DNA of 43,705 bases from Candidatus Aenigmatarchaeota archaeon (GTDB taxonomy: Archaea > Aenigmatarchaeota > Aenigmatarchaeia > CG10238-14 > SpSt-28): NCBI GenBank assembly GCA_032249395.1, contig JAVVFY010000006.1, positions 1 through 43,705 of the forward strand, given 5' to 3'. Positions 37,430 to 43,705 of this stretch are shown here, piece after piece; within the stretch, counting starts at the first letter, position 1, and the number at the start of each line of letters is the position of its first letter. The position numbers and the translations under genes were made by a program. The notes beneath the pieces are model-generated. The model made no database searches, was not told where the DNA came from, and saw nothing but the letters and a program-made list of their open reading frames with translations.

Positions 37430-37720
37430 CTATAAAATTTCTATTTGCTCTTCCTTAAAACCAAGAGCAACTAACACTTCTTTTATTCTCTTTCTATGGT
37501 CTCCTTGCAACTCAATATGATTATTTTTAAAAGTTCCACCACAAGCAAGAGTTCTTCTTAATTCCTTAAGAATCTCCTTGACATTTTCTCTTATTCCTTC
37601 TATTATTGTTATCGGTTTGCCGAACCTTCTAGTTTCGATATAAACTCTTATCTTTGCTTCTTCTTTTTCTAAAGCTTCTTCAATTCCAAGCTCTTCAGGC
37701 AATCCAGTTATTTTTTTCAT
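37430..37720 (-). CDS. Translation initiation factor SUI1/aIF-1
   Basis: RRFGK..T.IEG, LACGGT.K, IELQGDH motifs. Confidence 0.93.
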   Translation of the reverse strand: MKKITGLPEELGIEEALEKEEAKIRVYIETRRFGKPITIIEGIRENVKEILKELRRTLACGGTFKNNHIELQGDHRKRIKEVLVALGFKEEQIEIL

Positions 37721-37935
37721 TTTTGGGATCTCTCCCTAATAACAGTTAGTATCCTAGCTATATTTCTTTTCAGATTTTTTATTTTTGACGTATCTTTTAT
37801 AGGTCTACCACTAGCTACAAAACCTCTTTCTTTCATCAGTTCTAGTCTTAAATCATTCAGCCTTTTCTTTAATTGATCCAACGGTTCCTCCCTTATTTTC
37901 TTCAGAAACTCTCCTATCTTCCTCACTCTTTTCAC
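37717..37935 (-). CDS. rpl29: Ribosomal protein uL29
   Basis: L..LR.EL…IK..K.NIARILT; after rps3. Confidence 0.88.
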   Translation of the reverse strand: MKRVRKIGEFLKKIREEPLDQLKKRLNDLRLELMKERGFVASGRPIKDTSKIKNLKRNIARILTVIRERSQK

Positions 37936-38536
37936 CCTTTTCTATCTTCTTCTCAAAAATAAACTCTTTTGGCATTTCTTTCATTATTCTAACTTCAACA
38001 CCCACAATACCAAATTTAATTAAAGCTTGAGCTTGAGCTTTATCAACAAACCTTTCAGCATATTCTCCGCTAGTAGCAATAAAACCATCTTTAAACTTAA
38101 CTCTTCTCGACCTTTCTTTACCCATTATTTTACCGGAAATAACGATTAAAGCTCCTACAGCTCCGGCTTTCATTATTTGATATAGATAATAAAGAGCGAC
38201 CTTTTTATAATTGATTCCTCTTTCGATGGCTCTAGCAATTCTTCTAGCAACAATATTAGCATCTAAATAAGGATTTGTCACCTCTCTAACATCTATTAAA
38301 GGATTTTCTATTTTAAATTTCTCTTTTATTTCCTCAACGAGCTCATCAATTTTTCTTCCAGACCTTCCGATGATTAAACCTGGCTTATAAGCATAGATTA
38401 TTATTCTAGTTCCGATAGGAGTTCCTTCTATTTCTGCTCTACTATAGCCAGCATGCTCAAATTTCTTTTTTAAATATTCTTGTAAATCTGCTTCTTTTAT
38501 TCCCTGTTTAATAAAAATTCTTTCAACCGCCATCAT
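37853..38536 (-). CDS. rps3: Ribosomal protein uS3
   Basis: KH motif PGLIIGRSG, GA.G…ISGK, G..GV.V.IM. Confidence 0.95.
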   Translation of the reverse strand: MMAVERIFIKQGIKEADLQEYLKKKFEHAGYSRAEIEGTPIGTRIIIYAYKPGLIIGRSGRKIDELVEEIKEKFKIENPLIDVREVTNPYLDANIVARRIARAIERGINYKKVALYYLYQIMKAGAVGALIVISGKIMGKERSRRVKFKDGFIATSGEYAERFVDKAQAQALIKFGIVGVEVRIMKEMPKEFIFEKKIEKGEKSEEDRRVSEENKGGTVGSIKEKAE

Positions 38537-38889
38537 CTCTCCTCCAGAATTACTGTCAAATGTGTAGTTTTAGCTTTTCTAGGTACAAACTTTGCTCTTT
38601 TCGGTAAATACATCGTTTCTCCTTTATCTGCTTTGATTGTTTTTATAAAAAGTTTATCTACGTTCAAACCTTTTTTCTTTGCATTTGCTTCAGCTTGTTT
38701 TAAAAGAGAAATAAATTCTTTTGTAGCGTTCGTATAGTATTTTCCGTCATAGCTTTCTTTTTGTTTTAATACATTCTCGAGAAAAGTTTTCGCCCTTGAT
38801 AACTTTTTGCCCTTCAAAAACTTGCAAATTGTAATTGCATGTTTTAAAGAAATTCTAGAATTCCTAGTTCTAGCTATCGCTATCTTCAT
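38533..38889 (-). CDS. rpl22: Ribosomal protein uL22 (compact)
   Basis: RIS.K.A..IC, LL..AEANA..KGL, HL.VILEE motifs. Confidence 0.88.
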   Translation of the reverse strand: MKIAIARTRNSRISLKHAITICKFLKGKKLSRAKTFLENVLKQKESYDGKYYTNATKEFISLLKQAEANAKKKGLNVDKLFIKTIKADKGETMYLPKRAKFVPRKAKTTHLTVILEER

Positions 38890-39188
38890 ACTTCGCTTCC
38901 TCTCCCACTTTTCTTGCAGATTTTCCCATCGCTACCGCCCTCTGTTAATAAAAGATTTGAACATAATAGAATTTAAATTTATTTTCAAGATAGTATTTAA
39001 ATTTCAAAACTATAGAAACTTTACTTAACTAAGTAATTTTATGAGTGTTGAGATTGATTGTGGGAGAATTTGTAACTAGAAAAGTTAGACTTTCTGATGA
39101 AAAAAGGATGATCTATATTTCATAAACTCTCTTGTTGAAGGAACACTTAAATTTCAATAAATAAAAGAATGAGTCGAACAACTTTTAC

Positions 39189-40379
39189 CTATAGGGTAAA
39201 CTCGCTTACTTTCTTTTGACTATAAAAATTTCTCAGTATTCTAGAATTTCTAATCCATACTTCAACAGGAATTTCTAGCTTTGAAGAGATGTATTGCAAT
39301 GATTTCTCTAAACTGTCAAAAACTTCTGGTTTCTCTCTAATCATGTTTCTTACAGTCTCTCTAACATTCCATACTCCAACTGGAATATAATTTTTATGGA
39401 TTTCTCTTAAAATCAAGACTCCAGCCTGTCTTCTCTCTTCAAAAAGCTTTTCGGCAACCATCGCTCTAGCAGCATACCAACAACCTCCAATGCTTGCGTA
39501 CTCTTTCTTAAACTCATAACCTTCATAGTCGCCGCCTATTGCTAAAGAATCTACTATTGTTCCTGGATACCATGCTTCTATACTTTCATACTGCCAGTAG
39601 CTTGGAAACATGAGAACAATCCATCTATTATCCAAGTATTCCTTGTAGTAAACTCGAAATTCATTTATTTGTGGATATGTTTTTACTTTTTCTAACAGGA
39701 ACTTACCAATTATATCGTCTACAGCAGTAATAGACCATCTTGTTGGAACGAGCCTTCTTTTAACTCCGAGCATTCCTATACTCAAAGCTTGCTGAATTTT
39801 AGAGATTGGTGTTTTGTTTTGATAAAGCCAAAAAATTGCTTCGCTTGCTTTAAAATCAAAATCGTAAAAAACTTTTTCAAGTTTGAAATCTGTAGAGGAA
39901 GGATATAGCTTGAAGTCTTCAATAAAAGCAGAAGGTCCAAAAGGTTGATGATCTAAAGAAATTCTAAAGCCTCTTGGAATATGTTTAAATTTAACTTCAG
40001 CTTCTACGCTTTTTCTGGAAAGCAAAGCCTCTTGCAATTTCTGAACATTTTTATTGTTTAAATCCTTAACTTTTGCTGCTATCTTTCCTCTAACAGCTTG
40101 AAACCTTAAAGCAAAAATTTCCTCTAAACTTTTACCAAACCAGTTTTCTGTATAAAGCAAATCTTCTGAATTTTCCAAAGGAGAAACCATTGGACCAACG
40201 AAAACTTTTGGATAACCAATTCTACCAACAAAAACCTCTGGTGGGGAAGAGCCAGCAATTTCTTTTGACTTTATTTTTGGTAAAAATTCTCTTAGCTTCT
40301 TTTGAAGAAATGCATTAATCTCTACCCTAGTAATTTTTACAGGTTCAAAATTTTTTGAGACAAACAAAAGTTTCTTCAT
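39189..40379 (-). CDS. nreA: Nre-family DNA repair protein (NreA)
   Basis: GSSPP.VFVGR.GYPKV, LVPTRWSITAVD, PVGVW.VRE, C-terminal PIP-like QKKVSEF. Confidence 0.88.
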   Translation of the reverse strand: MKKLLFVSKNFEPVKITRVEINAFLQKKLREFLPKIKSKEIAGSSPPEVFVGRIGYPKVFVGPMVSPLENSEDLLYTENWFGKSLEEIFALRFQAVRGKIAAKVKDLNNKNVQKLQEALLSRKSVEAEVKFKHIPRGFRISLDHQPFGPSAFIEDFKLYPSSTDFKLEKVFYDFDFKASEAIFWLYQNKTPISKIQQALSIGMLGVKRRLVPTRWSITAVDDIIGKFLLEKVKTYPQINEFRVYYKEYLDNRWIVLMFPSYWQYESIEAWYPGTIVDSLAIGGDYEGYEFKKEYASIGGCWYAARAMVAEKLFEERRQAGVLILREIHKNYIPVGVWNVRETVRNMIREKPEVFDSLEKSLQYISSKLEIPVEVWIRNSRILRNFYSQKKVSEFTL

Positions 40380-40524
40380 AAATCGAGTTAAAAAATAAAC
40401 TTAAATAGATGTAAAATTTTATTAATCGAATTGTTTAATTTCTTTTGTTTTTCTTAACAAAAATTTTTATAAAGTTTTTTGAAAAGCTTAAAAAGATTTT
40501 TAAATACCTTTTTAAATATTTATT

Positions 40525-41062
40525 GGTGAAGATATGAAAGCTATTAGCCCAATGATAGCAACAGTTCTTCTAATTGGCTTTACAATAGCAGTAGGAGCAA
40601 TTCTTTCTCTTTGGTTCACAACATTCACAAGAACTCAAACTACAGCAGTGGGAGCAGGAGCAGCTTGTGCTTCAAACCCTGTATATGTAAGAGCGATTGG
40701 ATTGAGTAGCAATACTCTCACATTACTAGTTAGCAATGGTGGTCCAGATAGCGTAACAGTAACATCTGCTGTAGTAACTTGTGGCGGTAATTTAGTTAAT
40801 TCCACAAATCCTAATCTTTTTGTTGCTTCAAATTCTCAAAACACAACATCTATTTTAGTGACTGGAGCATGTAGTACAAGCAACATTGGTGTAAGTACAG
40901 TAGCAGCTTGTAGTAGAGGCGGAACAACATCAACAGCATGTCCAGAAGGAACATGTTTTAGTTAGGTGAAGATATGAAAGCTATTAGCCCAATGATAGCA
41001 ACAGTTCTTCTAATTGGCTTTACAATAGCAGTAGGAGCAATTCTTTCTCTTTGGTTCACAAC
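40525..41062 (+). repeat. 98-bp perfect direct repeat (40525-40622 = 40965-41062)
   Basis: Identical SD plus the first ~30 codons of both pilin genes. Confidence 0.9.
40534..40965 (+). CDS. Archaeal type IV pilin 1
   Basis: Class III signal MKA/ISPMIATVLLI, hydrophobic helix, Ser/Thr/Asn/Cys-rich head. Confidence 0.88.
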   Translation: MKAISPMIATVLLIGFTIAVGAILSLWFTTFTRTQTTAVGAGAACASNPVYVRAIGLSSNTLTLLVSNGGPDSVTVTSAVVTCGGNLVNSTNPNLFVASNSQNTTSILVTGACSTSNIGVSTVAACSRGGTTSTACPEGTCFS

Positions 41063-41420
41063 TTTTACAAGAACACAAACTGCAACAATAACAGGTTCTG
41101 CAGCTTGTCATGCAGGAAACGTAAAGATAATGTCTAATGCTACAACTACAGCAGGTAGTGCCGTTAGAGTTTTTGTTACAAACTTAAGAAGCGACATGAA
41201 TATTATTATAAATAGCATAACAGTAGTATGCGATGGTAGTAGTAGCTCTAACGCATCTCCAATACCTCTTTTTATTTTAGCAGGACAGACAAATTCTTCA
41301 GATGTGAGCGGACTATCAGGGTGTACTTCCGCTAACGTTAGAGTAGATGTAATGGGAAGATGTAGTACAGGAGGTTCATTCTTAGCAACTTGTCCAAGAG
41401 GAACGTGCGGCGTTTACTAA
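40974..41420 (+). CDS. Archaeal type IV pilin 2
   Basis: Same N-terminus as pilin 1; divergent head with conserved Cys spacing. Confidence 0.88.
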   Translation: MKAISPMIATVLLIGFTIAVGAILSLWFTTFTRTQTATITGSAACHAGNVKIMSNATTTAGSAVRVFVTNLRSDMNIIINSITVVCDGSSSSNASPIPLFILAGQTNSSDVSGLSGCTSANVRVDVMGRCSTGGSFLATCPRGTCGVY

Positions 41421-42901
41421 TCTTTTTTTATTTTTACTTTTTTAAAGAGAATTCCCATTTTCTTTGGTTTCCACTTAAATTCTCCAAACTTACAATCATT
41501 AAATCCTTGCCTTTCTTCGATTCCTAACATTCCTCTAATTTTCTCTGCAGTTTCTGGTAAGAACGGATAAAGTAAGATAGAAAGAATTCTTAAACTTTCA
41601 AGCAAATTGTAGAGAGCATTCGATAATTCCTCTCCTTTTAACTTCCAAACCTCTTTTTCGTTTATGTATTTATTGCATGCTTTAACAAAATTCCATATTT
41701 CAGTTAAAGCTAAATCAACTCTAAAGTTTTCCATATGCTTATCGATTTCTTCTAACTTCAATTCTTTTTCTAACTCTGGCCTTCCTTTAATTTCTCCGCT
41801 AAATCTTTCTGCAAGCGTCAAGACTCTGTTCACCAAATTTCCCAATTCATCTGCTAATTCATTATTCAACCTTTCTACTAATGCTTCCTCGCTGAAATCT
41901 CCATCTTCCCCAAAAGGCACTTGTCTTATCAGAAAGTATCTTATTGCATCTAATGGATATTTTTCTGCTAATTTTACGGGATCAATAACATTGCCTAAAC
42001 TTTTACTCATTTTTTCTCCTTTAACAGTCCAAAACCCATGGGCATAAACATGCTTTGGTAATGGTAAACCAGCTGACATTAACATAGCGGGCCAAATAGC
42101 ACAATGAAATTTTATTATGTCTTTTCCAACCAAGTGAACATCAGCTGGCCAAAATTTCTTAAACTTTTCTTCATCATATCCAAAACCAATGCCACTTAAA
42201 TAATTTATTAGAGCGTCAAACCAAACGTAAACAACTTGAGAAGAGTCATTTGGAAATGGAATACCCCATTTTTGAGTTTGTCTAGAAATGCTTATATCAC
42301 CAAAACCACTCTTTATATAATTCAAAACTTCATTCTTCCTTGCTTCTGGCAAAATAAAATCTGGATGTTTTTCAATGTAATCTAGCAAAGCTTGTTTATA
42401 TTTGCTTGCTGCAAAAAACCAATTTTCTTCTTCAAGCAAAGTGGGTTCTCTTTTATGTATAGGACATTTACCATCGACTAAATCGCCTTTCGTTAAGAAA
42501 GCTTCACAATCAACACAATAATAGCCAACATACTTCCCTTTGTAAATATCTCCTTTTTCCATTACCCTTCTGAAAAATTCATAAACAGCTTTTTTATGCC
42601 TCTCTTCTGTTGTTCTTATAAAATCATCAAAACTTATATTCAATTTTTTCCAGGTCTCTTTCCAAATAGAAGCCATTTCATCTACATATTGCTTAACATC
42701 TTTACCTACTTTTTCCGCAGCCTTCACACTTTTCTGACTATTTTCGTCCGTTCCTGTTAAAAAGAATACCTCTTCTCCCTTTAACCTATGCCATCTCGCC
42801 AATACATCTGCTATTAAAGTTGTGTAAAAATGGCCTAAATGAGGCTTGTCGTTAACGTAGTAAATTGGAGTTGTTATATAGAACTTAGCGAGTTTTATCA
42901 C
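41417..42901 (-). CDS. metG: Methionine--tRNA ligase (short, no C-terminal OB domain)
   Basis: HLGH, YVWFDALINY, KMSKS motifs and a zinc knuckle. Confidence 0.95.
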   Translation of the reverse strand: MIKLAKFYITTPIYYVNDKPHLGHFYTTLIADVLARWHRLKGEEVFFLTGTDENSQKSVKAAEKVGKDVKQYVDEMASIWKETWKKLNISFDDFIRTTEERHKKAVYEFFRRVMEKGDIYKGKYVGYYCVDCEAFLTKGDLVDGKCPIHKREPTLLEEENWFFAASKYKQALLDYIEKHPDFILPEARKNEVLNYIKSGFGDISISRQTQKWGIPFPNDSSQVVYVWFDALINYLSGIGFGYDEEKFKKFWPADVHLVGKDIIKFHCAIWPAMLMSAGLPLPKHVYAHGFWTVKGEKMSKSLGNVIDPVKLAEKYPLDAIRYFLIRQVPFGEDGDFSEEALVERLNNELADELGNLVNRVLTLAERFSGEIKGRPELEKELKLEEIDKHMENFRVDLALTEIWNFVKACNKYINEKEVWKLKGEELSNALYNLLESLRILSILLYPFLPETAEKIRGMLGIEERQGFNDCKFGEFKWKPKKMGILFKKVKIKKD

Positions 42902-42946
42902 CCCTATGATTAGTTATTTATGCTCCAAACTTTTTAAATTTTTCGC

Positions 42947-43705
42947 TTACTTATTCATCAACCTTAGTAAATCTTTAATAGAGTTTATTACCGCATCTGG
43001 TTTAATTTCTTTTGCAACTCTTCTATCAACACCATTTTTCACGAATACCGAAAAAAATCCAGCTTTCTTAGCAAACTCCATATCTGCTTTATTCTCATCT
43101 CCAAAGTAGATAACTTTTCCTTTTACAACTTTCCTAACCTCTTTTAGCATGAAATCTGAAGGCTTTCCTAGCATTATAGCCCTTTTACCAGAGCAATACT
43201 CTAGACCAGCTGTTATAAGACCTGTTCCTGGAACTATTTCGTTTTTAAATATCCAGAGTTTTCCGTAAGCTGTAGTATAAAACTTTGAATTTTCTTTCAA
43301 CAGTATTTTTAGTGCAACATTCGCTTTATTATAATTGAAGTTGGTATCATGTCCTATTACAACAGAATTTGCATCCTCATTTTTACAAATTCTGACTCCA
43401 TTTTTCTTTAATTCTTCTTCTAAACCTTTTCCAATTGGAAAAACTAGCTCGTTTTTTAAAACTTTAGCAGCTACATAGCTACTTGTTATAATTTGTTCTT
43501 TACTCACAAAAATTCCATTTTTTCTAAAAATTTCAACAACACCTTCTCTATCTAAATAAGTGAAGTTAGAAACAAATATAACCCTCTTACCATACTCAAT
43601 AAGTTTTTCATAAATTTCTTTGGCTCCATCAACTAGCTTAGGATACCACCAGAACGTTCCATCTAAATCAAAAACAAAGGTATCAAAATTTTTTATTAAA
43701 TCTTT
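42947..43705 (-). CDS. HAD-IIA (NagD-like) hydrolase, 5' end outside the window
   Basis: Frame open to the window end: FVFDLDGT, FVSN, GKPS, GD…D motifs. Confidence 0.88.
   Translation of the reverse strand, partial: KDLIKNFDTFVFDLDGTFWWYPKLVDGAKEIYEKLIEYGKRVIFVSNFTYLDREGVVEIFRKNGIFVSKEQIITSSYVAAKVLKNELVFPIGKGLEEELKKNGVRICKNEDANSVVIGHDTNFNYNKANVALKILLKENSKFYTTAYGKLWIFKNEIVPGTGLITAGLEYCSGKRAIMLGKPSDFMLKEVRKVVKGKVIYFGDENKADMEFAKKAGFFSVFVKNGVDRRVAKEIKPDAVINSIKDLLRLMNK

Noticed and set aside
39041..39160. Coding-like fragments between rpl22 and nreA
   Set aside because: Short broken frames with no recognisable family
1..43705. CRISPR array, transposase, integrase, rRNA
   Set aside because: No regularly spaced repeats or matching motifs seen; repeated sequence is limited to Leu tRNA bodies, pilin 5' ends and the rpl1 fragment

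Overview
AT-rich core chromosome segment of an archaeon. Gene content and compact proteins suggest a DPANN lineage, possibly Aenigmarchaeota-like (inference). The window holds a contiguous AMP-salvage cluster (R15P isomerase, form III RuBisCO, AMP phosphorylase) and cell-division genes (minD, ftsZ, sepF). It also holds a NMD3-aIF1A-RIO1-Dim2-top6BA cluster, fragments of ribosomal/RNA polymerase operons, DNA ligase, Ogg, NreA, MetRS, two tandem type IV pilins, a PIN toxin-antitoxin pair and two frameshifted pseudogenes. RNA genes are an SRP RNA and nine tRNAs, six with introns. The strongest unusual signal is in the 37/38 introns of tRNA-Trp(CCA), tRNA-Leu(CAA) and tRNA-Leu(UAA). Each carries the same minimal module: antisense to its own anticodon loop, a D'-like box, a 3-4 nt loop and a C'-like box, with the fifth base upstream of the D box pairing with wobble position 34. 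This looks like a family of tiny intron-encoded 2'-O-methylation guides. Other points of interest are an SRP RNA apparently lacking helix 6, several unannotated microproteins (one hyperacidic), a remodelled ribosomal GTPase-centre protein set and a decayed rpl1 duplicate.
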